From positions 42,931,925-42,995,924 of the forward strand of contig NC_057719.1 in assembly GCF_004010195.1 (NCBI RefSeq): DNA of 64,000 bases, read 5' to 3'. The position numbers were made by a program, and so were the translations under genes. This stretch comes from Chiloscyllium plagiosum (taxonomy: Eukaryota). Shown one piece after another: positions 1 to 11,362 of the stretch. How positions within the stretch are numbered: position 1 is the first letter of the stretch; each line of letters opens with the position of its first letter. The notes beneath the pieces are model-generated. The model did not search any database and was not told the DNA's origin. It saw only the letters and a program-made list of their open reading frames with translations.

Positions 1-440
1 ATCTGTTGATTGTTGTGCGGTGCCCATTCATCCGTTGTTGTAGCCTTTGCTCGGTTTCCCCAATGTACCATGCCTCCGGGCATCCTTGCTTGCAAAGTGT
101 AAGGTAAACAACGTTGGCTGAGTCACATGAGTACCTGCCATGTACAAGGTGGGAGGTGTCCCCACGTGTAATGGTGGTATCTATGTCCACAATCTGACAC
201 GTCTTGCAGCGTCCACCGTGACAGGGTTGTATGGAGTTGTCCTGAGAGCCGAGCAGCTTGCTACGAACAACGATCTGTTTGAGATTTGGCAGTTGCTTAA
301 AGGCAAGTAGTGGAGGTGCGGAGAAGGTCTTGGTGAGGTGCTCATCCTCATTGATAATGTGTTGCAGGTCACGAAGAACATAGCGTAGTTTTTCAGCTCC
401 TGGGAAATATTGAACAACGAAGGGTGCCCTGTCGGTTGCA
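1..440 (-). mobile_element. Penelope-like element (Neptune-type), Cys-linker + GIY-YIG endonuclease fragment, cut by window edge
   Basis: Minus-strand translation ...PFVVQYFPGAEKLRYVLRDLQHIINEDEHL...QPCHGGRCKTCQ...CDSANVVYL..CKQGCPEAWYIGETEQRLQQRMNGHR. VVY...YIG is the PLE GIY-YIG motif, and the CxxxxCxxC linker is typical of Neptune-clade PLEs. Confidence 0.85.
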
Positions 441-444
441 GCAA

Positions 445-1252
445 GGGCCTCAACCGGGACCTTGGGTTAATGTCACATTACAGGTGACCACCATTGCACT
501 ATACACACACACAGATACTCCTACATACACACACACACGCATTCCTATACACACATACACACGGACACGCATATACACAGACACCCACACACACCCTTAC
601 AGACACATACACTCCCACACTCACACATGCACCCCCTCACAGACTTAAGACACTCTGCACTCACTGCACACACACACATACGCTTTCTCACACTCACAAC
701 CCTCAACCCAGACAGATACACACATACAGACAGACAAAGACCCACATGCAAACATATATTTTTTGGAGTGAATTTGTACTTGCAGGGTTACATTGTACTT
801 TGCTCGAAAACTGCATGCATTCATGTAGAACTCTGAGCTCAAAAACTGCATGAATTCATGTAAAACTCCGTTATCTCACTTTTTAGATTAGAATCAATCT
901 AAACATCATGGCATAGACAGAGAACACAGGAGGCTAACACCTTCAACATATTGTCTAGCTATCACCATTGCTAACAGCTAACCCGAGAGTGCAACTTTTT
1001 AATAAAAGGTTTTGTGATTTACACATGAAAAAAGTGAAACTATCATGATATTCTAACAGATGAAAGGCTGAGCAAACAATCAATTTTTCAATGTATAATT
1101 TCAGTTACATCACACTGTAAATTTTTGCTATAAATTCTTTGTGTTAGGATTGAGCCGTCCACAATCACCTGATGAAGGAGCGTCGCTCCGAAAGCTAGTG
1201 CTTCCAATTAAACCTGTTGGACTATAACCTGGTGTTGTGTGATTTTTAACTT
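445..1252 (+). mobile_element. Penelope-like element 3' end (ORF terminus, CA-rich tract, pseudo-LTR), inverted relative to 1-440
   Basis: Begins GLNRDLGLMSHYR* (PLE ORF end), followed by (CA)-rich DNA at ~500-750 and a terminal repeat ending ...ctggtgttgtgtgatttttaac. Homologous to 46279-47270 on the minus strand. Confidence 0.8.
1166..1200 (+). ncRNA. Minimal type I hammerhead ribozyme motif (PLE family A)
   Basis: cac-CTGATGA-a-GGAGC-gtc-GCTCC-GAA-AGCT-A-gtg: intact core, 5-bp stem II, palindromic AGCU stem III, stem I cac/gtg. Confidence 0.75.
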
Positions 1253-2349
1253 TGTACAAACTGGGATGGTTGCTTTGCAGAATACCTCTGCTCAGTCTGC
1301 AAGCATTATCCCAACACATCTATTACTGTACTATCAGTCTTTTCCCTACAGCCATTAACTGTCCGTTTACCTTTTGTTCAGTGACACCTGTGATCTGTAA
1401 ACTCCCTCACCCTCTAACCTTCCACCAGCCTTCTCTTCTAGTTCATTTGCTCCATGCAACCTTTTCCAATAGCATGAAACCTGTAACTTTTCAACCTCCC
1501 TTCAGTTTTGGAGAAATGTATAAAACATTAACCCTGTTTCTCTCTCCACAGAATCTGCCAGACCTACTGAGTTTCTCTGGCGCTTGGTCAGTTGCAGTTT
1601 GAAGCACTTTGTTCAGTTTTTGACACCTCAAGAAAAACATATTGGCCGTCTAGAAATGGCAGCTTAGTCACACTATATTAGGATGTAAATAGTTAGCTTA
1701 TCAGGGCAGGTTGTATAAAATTGGTTTGCATTTCCTTGATTTTAGACAATTAAAGAGTAATCAAATTGTGGGATTTAAAATAATAAAGACCAACTATTTC
1801 CACTGATGGAGGAATCCAAAACAAGAGGATCTTATAAATAGAATTGAGCAAGCTTGTGAAATCAGGAAGCTCCTTTTAGACAAAGAGAATTGGATATCTG
1901 GAACTAGCTAACCCAAAAGTCGTATGATTCCTTGTCGTAAGATTAATTTCAGTAGACAAGAAGGTAAAGCCATTAAGTGAGAAAAGGAGGACAGATAAAC
2001 GTGACGTACAAATATTGGGTTCATTGCAAATCCCTCTTCCTATGTTCTTACAACAGCAATATTATGGAACTAATTAAGTGTTCTTTTTTAAATCATACCT
2101 TCATCTAAAACTGAATATGTAGTAAATTTATTAACATTGAATTTATAATTGTTTCATAATTGAATAAACTATTTGTAGCATCAGGTACTCTGAGATTATC
2201 CTTATCATGTCAGTGAATAACTGAGGTGAAAAATGTATGTACAGTGTCATGACAATAGATTAGAAGCTTACAGTACCATGGAAATTGTTAACTTTTAACG
2301 CTTAAGTGTGGTTTTTTAAAGGAGTCTGCTGCTGTCAAAAAATGATGCA

Positions 2350-2549
2350 AAAGTGAGGACCGCAGATGCTGGAGATTAGAGTCGAGAGTATGGTCCTGGA
2401 AAAGCAAAGTAGGTGAAGCTGCATTTGAGGATCAGGAGAATCGATGTTTCAGGCAAAAGCCTTTCAGCAGGATGAGGGGCTTTTGCCCAAAACGTTGACT
2501 CTCCTGCTCCTAGGATGCTGCCTGACCTGCTGTGCTTTTCCAGCACCAC
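2350..2549. mobile_element. Palindromic PLE terminal-repeat insertion (family B), degenerate hammerhead core
   Basis: Inverted arms (gtgaggaccgcagatgctgg... / ...gctgcctgacctgctgtgcttttccagcacc) flank the degenerate core gatgaggggcttttgcccaaaacgt. Confidence 0.75.
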
Positions 2550-3692
2550 TGTGTGGTATAGTCCTGTGGGGGAATCCATGGGATGTCATACCTTTGGTGT
2601 TTCAGGAAAACTTCAAACAGAGGAAGGAATAAATCAGGAAAAGGTAACAACAGTGCTAATTATCTTCTAATTATCTTTTAATGCTTTGGCCTTCCAAGAA
2701 TGTTCAAAAATGGGAGTTAAACACCGACTGCAACATGAGTGTGTGTATGTTAGTGGCCTGATGCCCTAGTTCGTATTGTTGTGGTGTGAGAGTCACAGCT
2801 CTGACATCAACCATTTAATCAACAAGCACTGCAGATAAAAAGAGAAAAGCACCTGTCTCACACTTGAGTGCTGTCAGTCAGTCAGCGCCAAAATGCATCA
2901 GGGCAAAACAGTTTCCACCTACAAAGCAAATAATCTCAAAATCAACTATTCAGCTACCAAAGTCAAATTTCTGGCAACACCCTCTGCAACAGCGCTAATG
3001 CTCAATGATAAACTCTTCACTAAAAATCAGAGACTAATCCATATAGTCTTTTTTACCAACTTTTGCTTTTTGGGAATCTCTTATTTATAATCTGTGTGTG
3101 AGTGTGTTTGTGTCACTATTTCTTCTCACAGTTAGTGAATAGTAAACCCCTTCCAACTGTTAATTCAAGAAAGCCTGGTTAAATTGGTTCCATTGAAAGT
3201 ATAAGTTCAGTTGCATCAAGAAGGAAGGAGAGGGAAGGGATCCTTTTAAAATTACCCTTTGTTGTGACCAATGGAAGGGACTTATGAATATCCAAGGAAA
3301 TCAAGTTCACCATTCCTCACATTGAGCTTATTTGCTTCAGAAATCCCATTTGAAACCTAACAGTGTGGGGGAATCTTGTCTTTGACTGGTTGTAACAACA
3401 GTTAAATGGAGAACACACCATCTAATGTGAATATTTTATTATCAACATAAATGTCAAAAATGAACAAAACTCAGCTCTTTTCGCACAGTTCAAAGTTTCT
3501 TATGCAACACCGAGCTGCAAAAACTAGATTAACCTTGAGCATTACTGAATGATGCCCATAAATACTAGCTCAAAATGGCCATAAACCAAATATATATTTT
3601 TGATATAAAAGATGCAATTAATTATTTGCTACAGGTTTGTTTCTTTCTGGGTTAACACGACATAGATATAAAAGTTTACAACTCCACATGAC

Positions 3693-3915
3693 CATAAGAT
3701 GTAGGAACATAAGTAGGCCATTCAGCCCATTGAGTCTGTTCTGCCAGTCAATGAGATCATGTGACCTGGTAATACTTAACCTCATTTTCTTGTCTTTTCT
3801 CCATCGCCCTTGATTCCCTTACTGATTGAAAATATATCCATCTCAGCCTTGAATATATTTAAAGACCCAGCCATGATAATCCCCTGCGTTAAAAAATTCC
3901 ACAGATTCACTAGCC
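3693..3915 (-). mobile_element. Old CR1 LINE 3' end fragment
   Basis: ccataagatgtagga...aggccattcagccc... resembles the reverse complement of a CR1 3' tail plus the end of ORF2. Confidence 0.55.
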
Positions 3916-4049
3916 TCAGTTATTTCTGCTTCTCACCATATTCCTTGCCACCTCCAGTGAGGAAAAAACTCACTCCTAAATGTTCTTGTCAGGTCTCTTT
4001 CTCGTGTAGGGTTGCTATAGCTACTATTCCCCTTGAGCTACAGTAGAGA

Positions 4050-4950
4050 GGAAAATTGAACAGAGGCAGCAAAGAAATGGACAAAGTGCCTGCAGCAGGA
4101 GGAGGGATAGAAAAGTTTTCTGTGAGGGCTCTTATCAATCTTGTCATCTGGGAGAATTTCTGTTCTTTTCAGCAAAGCCAGGAGTATTACTTGCACTTTA
4201 CAAAAGACTCAGATTCTCGCAACCTGCAGCCTCAGCATCCCTCCAGGCTGGAGCAGGTAACTTTTGTAAGCCCCAGCTTGCTGCTCCATGCCTGGAGAAG
4301 GGAGTTCATTGTGTTCTCTCTGACCAGAGGGAAGCAGATATGATGTGCGCATGCTTTGACAGGACAATACAATTCACAATGGAGCAGGATGTCATCAATA
4401 GCGTGCTGAATGGGACTGCTGAATGAGCAGTGCTATTCAACTACATCCAACATCTTGCTAGCAAATGCCCATTATCTGGACAGCAATTATCATGCTTTCA
4501 CTTTTTGCCAGTTGACTTATTATTTCCTTAGTATTAAAGCAAAACAAGGGCTGCCAACTGGGCACCAAAGCTAGCTATTTAACATATGTTTCATGACTCC
4601 ACTCCAACACTCAATAACACAGCTACCCAACAGCAACATTGAGACCACGGGAGAGTTGAAGCAATGTCTTTGCTTTCTGAATCTCTCTAAAGGAGCCGTC
4701 TAATACTTGCTGGATCAGGCTTCCTGATTCATGACCACCTGCTGTATGTTTCATGACCTAACTACTATGAGAGAACAGCCCTTGCCACCAGAGATGCAGC
4801 CAGCAAATCGGAAAGCAAGTTGAAAAGGAAGAGGAGGAGGAGGAGGAGGAACTGGAGAAAAGGAAGAGGCAAGCAGTATGTCTGTTTACTGGCCAGTCTT
4901 TTTTTGTGATCATCACATTCAACTATGGTTTCACTGAATGCAACCCTAAC
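4050..4950 (+). mobile_element. Decayed PIF/Harbinger transposase (HARBI1-like) relic
   Basis: Translatable pieces ILLANAHYLDSNYHAFTFCQ (~4452) and NIETTGELKQCLCFLNLSKGAV*YLLDQAS*FMTTCCMFHDLTTMREQPLPP (~4635), followed by poly-Glu. These match the Harbinger patterns 'A.YPGS.HD' and 'E..IG.LK.RF.CL...GG.LQY...CC.LHN'. Confidence 0.75.
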
Positions 4951-5439
4951 CTCACAGAATAAATGTCTCCTATTTTATCATCCCTCCATTATGGACCATC
5001 AGAAACTCCTCTTGGCCACAATAACTGAAATAAAAGCCATCACAATGCAACAATTCCAACTTTATCTAATAGATACCTGCTATTCTATTCAAATATGAAC
5101 TAACACCCTTGTAAGTCCCCTTAGTCCCTGTCTGCTGGTGCCTTTGCCTGTCTTAGGGCTCCTAGAGTGTTAATTGACTGTGGGAACACTGCTGATTTTC
5201 AGTAACAGCGATGGCAAATGGCCTTATAGAGCACTGTCCAGACCTAGACCTCCTTGTTTTCAACTGTCCATTCACAGCATAGGTGGTGACAGTCTAACTA
5301 GGTTATCTGCCTGACAAGCAACAGCAAAGACATGAGCAGAGTAGCAGTGGTGGGAAGATGAAGGTTACATTCCTGAGATTAAACAAGATTGTGCTCCATG
5401 TTCCCAGTGGCTTGTCCAGAGCTTGTCTCAGCAATTATC

Positions 5440-5733
5440 ATAATAGAATGATAGAATCCCTACAGTGTGGAAGCAGGCCAATCAGCCCATTGAATTCAGT
5501 GCAACCCTCTGGAGACCCAGCCTATCCCTGGAATCCTGCATTTCCCAAGGCTAATCCACCAGTTGCATATCCCTGGACCTTATGGCAATTTAGCATAGTC
5601 AATCTACATCTTTGGACTGGAGGAGGAAACCCAGGCAGTGAACATGCAAACTCCACAGAGAAAGTCACCTGAGGCTGGAATTGAAGTCAGGTCCCTGGCA
5701 CTGTGAGGCGGCAGTACTAACCAATGAGCTACC
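5440..5733 (-). mobile_element. HE1-like V-SINE, degenerate
   Basis: Reverse complement of the tRNA head, V-domain and CR1-like tail seen at 17459 and 63265. Confidence 0.75.
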
Positions 5734-6439
5734 GAACTGCGATCCTTGTAATTTGTTGAAGCACTGATTGTTGGACTGTCTTCAGACTCTGAAACCCTCT
5801 CTGAGTATTAGTACCCACAACCATAATGGCAACAGTCTGAACCAACATGATAACAAGCCACAATTTCACAACATCAGACTGTGCTTCCACAGCAGCAGCT
5901 GATATTGTGTGATTTCTGTCCAGTCTCTGTTGAGTGTTGTAACATCAATCACAATGAGTCACCTTCTCCCTTCTCATAGACTTGGCCACCACTTCTATGT
6001 TAAAGGGGATGGCTGTGCCCATCTGCCTCAGGTTAAAGCAGGACATTGCCTTGCTCCATGGCAATAACATAGGGTTCTCTAGGGTCTCTGCCACCCCCCT
6101 CCCCAGTGACCCTGGCCTCAGTCATGTTCACTCCAATGACAGCCAGCTCTGCCTGGTCTCCATGGTGATCAGGACATGCAGTTGTGCTTGTCTCCTGTGG
6201 TGAGCTGCATGTGGTCCTCAATTGAGAGGGAAGTGTGATTGAGTAATGTGCCTGTCTTGGTGAATAGTCAGCAGAGTGCACAACTTGTAAGATGTGAATG
6301 TGAATCTTATAACAGTGCTAAATTCGTTAAGGGTAAGGTGAGAGTATCATCATAAGATTGGTGGCTTGTGAGTGAAGGGTATATAGTGAATGGTGCTGTG
6401 TGTGTAAGGTCTGCAATTCCTTTGGAAAGATATGGCATG

Positions 6440-6570
6440 TGTACATGCCTCTGGCCATTTTTGTGAGGAATTTGAACTTTTTGTGGCCCTCCATCCAGGT
6501 CTGAGGAGCTACATTTGTGTCTGAAATGGACGTTGGCCCAGTGTCATCCCAGTATATTTCCAAAGGGACC
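6440..6570 (-). mobile_element. Myb/SANT-like ORF relic of a Harbinger element, convergent with the 4050-4950 transposase
   Basis: Minus ORF ...YWDD...VAPQTWMEGHKKFKFLTKMAR resembles the 'W...RTW.QC.KKF.DL.R' motif of Harbinger Myb-like proteins. Confidence 0.55.
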
Positions 6571-7185
6571 CCACCCTGCAGGCAAGAGGATCTCTTTTAC
6601 TTCCCATCCACTGTTATATAAGACAGTTAGTACCTGAAAGGGTTAACTGACTACATAAGATAATCTCTGTCCATTATTTCAATGAGAGAAGATAATGAGA
6701 GCTGTGTCGTGCTATACCAGTTCTCCAAAAACAGAGTGTTGTTAGAACATTGTGCTTGTTTACCAATAACCTTTGAAAATGTTTTAGTGGATTTTTAAAT
6801 TCTTTCCTGAGTTATGGATGTCCCTCGTTAGTAATGGCAGTCTTTAAGGTAAGTCTTCTTGAACTGCTGCAATTTGGAGTAGATAGACCCACAAGGCCAT
6901 TGGGTGGGAATTCCACAATTTGATCTCGTGACAGTGAAGGAGCACTGATATATTTCCATGTCAGGATGGTGAGTGATTTGGAGGGGGACTTGCAGGTGAT
7001 GGTGTATTTGCTGCCCTTGTCCTCCGAGACAGAAGTGGTTCTGTGTTTGGAATGTGCTGTCTTAGTTAATTTCTGCGATACATCTGGTAAATGGCAACTA
7101 CTGCCGCTAATGACCATCAGCACTGGAGGGAGTCAATGTTTGTGAATGTGGTGCCAGTCAAACAAGCTGCTTTATCCTGGATGGT

Positions 7186-7581
7186 AGGAGAAAGTGAGGA
7201 TAGCAGATGCTGGAGATTAGAGTCGAGAATATGGTGTTGGAAATGCACAGCAGGTCAGGCAGCATCCAAGGAGCAGGACAATCGACGTTTCAGGCAAAAG
7301 CCCTTCATCAGGAATGAGGCTGGGAGCCGAGGGGGTGGAAAGATAAATGGGAAGGTTGTGGGGCTGGGGGGAAGGTAACTGAGAGTGCAATAGGTGGATG
7401 GAGGTGGGGTAATGGTGATAGGTCAGAGGGGAAGGTGGAGCAGATCGGTGGGAAGGAAGATGGACAGGAAAGGCCCTTCGGCCCTCCAAGCCTGAGCCGA
7501 TCCAAATTCATGAGTGCAGTGCCAGGTTGGAAGTTTGGAACTGGGATAAGGTCGGGGTGGGGAAATGAAGAAACTGGTGAA
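7186..7581 (-). mobile_element. PLE family B terminal fragment with a 12-bp target-site duplication, inserted in an old LINE
   Basis: Flanked by atcctggatggt at 7174-7185 and 7582-7593; same terminal repeat as 58342-58677, which follows PLE reverse transcriptase across a gap. Confidence 0.8.
7281..7315 (-). ncRNA. Minimal hammerhead ribozyme motif (PLE family B)
   Basis: Minus strand: attc-CTGATGA-a-GGGC-tttt-GCCT-GAA-ACGT-C-gat; GUC cleavage triplet and ACGU palindrome. Confidence 0.65.
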
Positions 7582-9710
7582 ATCCTGGATGGTGTCTAGC
7601 TTCTTGAGTGTTATTAGAGCTGCAGTCATTCAGGCAATTGGGGTGGATTCCATCACACTCCTGACTTGTGCCTTGATGTAATGTGAACATACTCTTTGTT
7701 GATCTTGATGTCTTGTAAGAGAACATCATACATCTCAGATTTAATTTAGTAAAGAATTAAATATTATGTAATAAACCTAGTTACATTTCATCAGGATTAA
7801 GCCTATCTGTTGCCTAAGACATTGTATAGGCATCCTTGCTCACATGATATCAGTGGCTTAGACGAATACCAACAAGGAAGAATATGGTGATGAATCTACC
7901 ATTGGTATCCTAGATAGTACCAACAGACACAAGATCCACCTCCTGCAGAAGCTCAGTGCAGCAACAGAGAACTTAGGAGCAAGCTACAGGCCTACTGTGC
8001 CATTTCAACCCATCCTTGCATTCATTAACTTTCCTTCAACTATTTCCAGTACGTGTTACTGCCAGAATGCACTTCACCTGCTCGCCATATATGACCTACA
8101 CCCTCTATTGAAGTTGTCCAGCAGGTTATTTAGTATTAGGTTACTCTTCACTCTGCTTTAACTTACCAGGCAGTCCAAAGTTTCTGTGCTACCTGATTTA
8201 CTACTGCCTAGGTTAATCAAACAGCAGCATCCCTGAACCCAATTACCGGCCTTATCCAATCTTTCTCCCACTCCTGTATTTGTATGACTCATTTCACCTC
8301 AGCAGAATGTCCCAAAGTGGTTTATATCCAATTAAAGGCTTTTAAAGTAAAAATCATCAATATAATATGGGAAAATAACATGAATCCATTCTAAAAGGAA
8401 TTTGAATTTCCTCATAAAAGGACCCATTAGCCCAGGTATGTGGCTTAGGTTTTATTCATACATCTGGGTTCTATTACACCATAAGGCTCAAGATGTCAAA
8501 AATCAGAGGCGGGGCTGGAATCCCAGAAGTGACGCCACTATTGTTGTGCTTTTTGTCAGGGCTGCTGTCTTTATTGATCAGAACTGCAGTAACAACTTCA
8601 AGAGAGTCCAGGTTTTATTCCGTTCACTGTACACGATCCTAGCAGTTTGATGCTAAATCATAGTTTACTTCTCACTTCAAACCAATGCAGAGAGGGAAAA
8701 GAATGTAACTAATTGATGTCAGATGAATTTAAGGAACTATCACACAGATTAATTAATGACTTTAAACCTCTCTTTCCAAAAATTCCCCATTACTATAAAA
8801 AGGCATTCAGGACAGAACATATTTTAGAACAAAACTGAAAACAATCCTGCTTATTTCAAGAAGAATGAAGTAACCCTGGAGATTTAACAGTCAAACAAAC
8901 AATGTAAGTCGTCAATGCCAAGATCTCTTTTTGGCAACAGCTTTTAAGTACTATAGTACAAAACATTGTAAATAAAAATTACTGTGAAACATTCACTGCT
9001 TCCTGAGTTCTAAATCTTAATTTCCTATTAATGGCTGAGAGAGTCCACAAAATGTTGGTGTCTGCACATGACTGAAATGTTATAGCTGCACAGTGAAATG
9101 GGATCCAACATTTTAATTAGCCTTAAAGAAACAGCAATCTGATGTAAGATACCTTTGCCTTTGTATGTTATTTGGCAAATTATATTGAGTCCACTGAATG
9201 ATCATGGAAAAATTAGTATGGATGAACATGCGCTGGATGAACAATGCAGTTAAAAATGCTTTTCAAAACGGTTATCTTTTTGTGAAAGTGCAGCAACATG
9301 TTATGTCTGGTTGAATCAGGAAACTCAATTATATTAGGGTTCTGTCAGCAAAAAAGTACTATTGTCTAACTACATTAAATGTATAAAATTCATTGCACAT
9401 ATAAACAGGTTCATTCATCATTGTGTGTGAAAGATATGAACCAAATGAACCTCAAACAATCATGTACTTTGGCAAAGACAGTACTTGCCTATTTATCAAA
9501 TTTCGAATCACTACCTAAGATGTTATTTTAATAACCCACTGATGAAATCTGAAGTTAGATATTTTGTACACGCATTAGTTCAGGCATGTTTTCTTAATCT
9601 GGTTAGTCTGTAAGAGCATCATCAATAACAATGACAGCAAAATCCTGCCTTTTAGTCATCCTCAGGCATTCCATGCCCCAAGATGCTTCGCAGGAGCATA
9701 TTCAAGGAGT

Positions 9711-9944
9711 ACTTTACACAGAGGGTGGTAGGTGCCTGGAACACGTTGCCAGCAGAGGTAGTAGAGGCAGGCACGGTAGATTCATTTAAGATGTGTCTGG
9801 ACAGATGCATGAGTAGGTGGGGAACAGATGGATACAGATGCTTAGGAATCGGGCGATAGGTTTAGACAGTGAATTTGGATCGGCTCAGGCTTGGAGGGCC
9901 GAAGGGCCTTTTCCTGGGCTGTAAACTTTCTTTGTTCTTTGTTT
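9711..9944 (+). mobile_element. CR1 LINE 3' end (second family)
   Basis: FTQRVVGAWNTLPAEVVEAGTVDSFKMCLDRCM is a CR1 ORF2 C-terminus; ttctttg tail; same family as 21955-22500. Confidence 0.8.
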
Positions 9945-10265
9945 AAGAGGGATTTGATAGGACATTCAAGGCTTGATTAAAGATTGATTTTAAGGAGCAG
10001 TTTAAAGGATGACAGACAGCTGGAGGTGCTGAGGTATTCATGAGTGTTATTTCAAAACCTGGGGCCAAGATAACTAAAAGCACCTGAATCGGAGTTTCAC
10101 AAAAGACCAGAAGTATAGGTGAACAGCATTCTTAAAGGCGTGGAAAACATGGGGAGATTAGAAAGGCCCAGATAATGGAGGAATTTGTTTTTGAGGTGAG
10201 TTTTAAAGTACAATTGATGGTAGACTGGGAACCATGTGGGTCAGAATGCATAGATGCAATGATGG

Positions 10266-10454
10266 AGAAAGTGAGGACTGCAGATACTGGAGATCAGAGC
10301 TGAAAAATGTGTTGCTGGAAAAGCGCAGCAGGTCAGGCAGCATCCAAGGAGCAGGAGAATTCTGAAGAAGGGCTTATGCCCGAAACGTCGATTCTCCTGC
10401 TCCTTGGATGCTGCCTGACCTGCTGCGCTTTTCCAGCAACACATTTTTCAACAG
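10266..10454. mobile_element. Palindromic hammerhead-containing mini-element (PLE family B) with 14-bp TSD
   Basis: Apparently perfect 60-bp inverted repeat (10301-10360 / 10391-10450); TSD agatgcaatgatgg at 10252-10265 and 10455-10468. Confidence 0.85.
10357..10394 (+). ncRNA. Minimal hammerhead ribozyme motif, intact
   Basis: gaatt-CTGAAGA-a-GGGC-ttat-GCCC-GAA-ACGT-C-gattc; predicted cleavage after C10389 (GUC). Confidence 0.75.
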
Positions 10455-11161
10455 AGATGCAATGATGGGTCAGACTTGGTGCAGATCGGGCTATGCTCAG
10501 CCAAGTTTTGAGTGAGTTTCTGGAGGGTGAAAGAGGGAAGGCCTGCCAAGAAAGGATTGGAATAATAAATTCTGGAAATAACAGAAGTATAGATTTGAAA
10601 GCCGGCTGCAGAAAAGCTGAGAGGTGGAGACAGCAAAGTAATAAAAAATAAATTAGGCAGATTTTAATATATAATATACATGGATTTGGAAATCAGTTCA
10701 GAATAAATAAAGGTACTGAGGTTATGAACAGCCTGGTTCAGTTTGAGAGCATGATCAAGGAGAGGCTGGAATCAGTGATAAAGGAACAGAGTTTGTGTTG
10801 GAGCTCGAAAACAATAGCTATGGACTTCCCAAAGTTCTTTCAGAGGAAATTCAATTTCAGCCAAGTCTGGAAATTAGATAAACAAGCTGATAGAACAGAA
10901 GTAATGGAAAGATAGATATGTGAATTAATGTAAACTAATTTTATGATACAAATTCACAGGTGTTATTACCTTATTAAATAATTGCAGGAAAATAACATAA
11001 ACTGTGTGGCTTATGTTTTACTAGATGCTACTGCTCAGATGCTTATTTCTGACTGGGTTGAGCAGTTGTTTACGTTCAGTGCTAGTTCGAGGACAGTACA
11101 CAAATACTGCAGGAGTATATTTGATAAGTTTCAAACACTCTGATACTACATGTACTATGCA

Positions 11162-11362
11162 AAAATGAGGACTGAAGGTACTGGAGACCAGAGTCGAAAA
11201 GTGTGCTGCTGGAAAAGCACAGCCGGTCAAACAGCATCCGAGGAGGAGAATAGTCTATGTTTCGAGTATGAACTCTTTGTCAGATCCTCGAAATGTCAAC
11301 TCTCCTGCTCCTCAGATGCTGCCTGACCAGCTGTGTTTTTCCAGCACCATACTTTTGACTTT
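11162..11362. mobile_element. Palindromic PLE family B mini-element, degenerate
   Basis: Inverted arms; near-TSD catgtactatgca / catgtactaagca. Confidence 0.75.

Noticed and set aside
424..853. His/Thr-rich and Cys/Val-rich ORFs (also 13394-13838 and 46655-47056)
   Set aside because: They are translations of (CA)n/(TG)n tracts in PLE tails or microsatellites.
2550..3397. Possible solo LTR (TG...tgtaaCA)
   Set aside because: No TSD, PBS/PPT or second copy in the window to support it.
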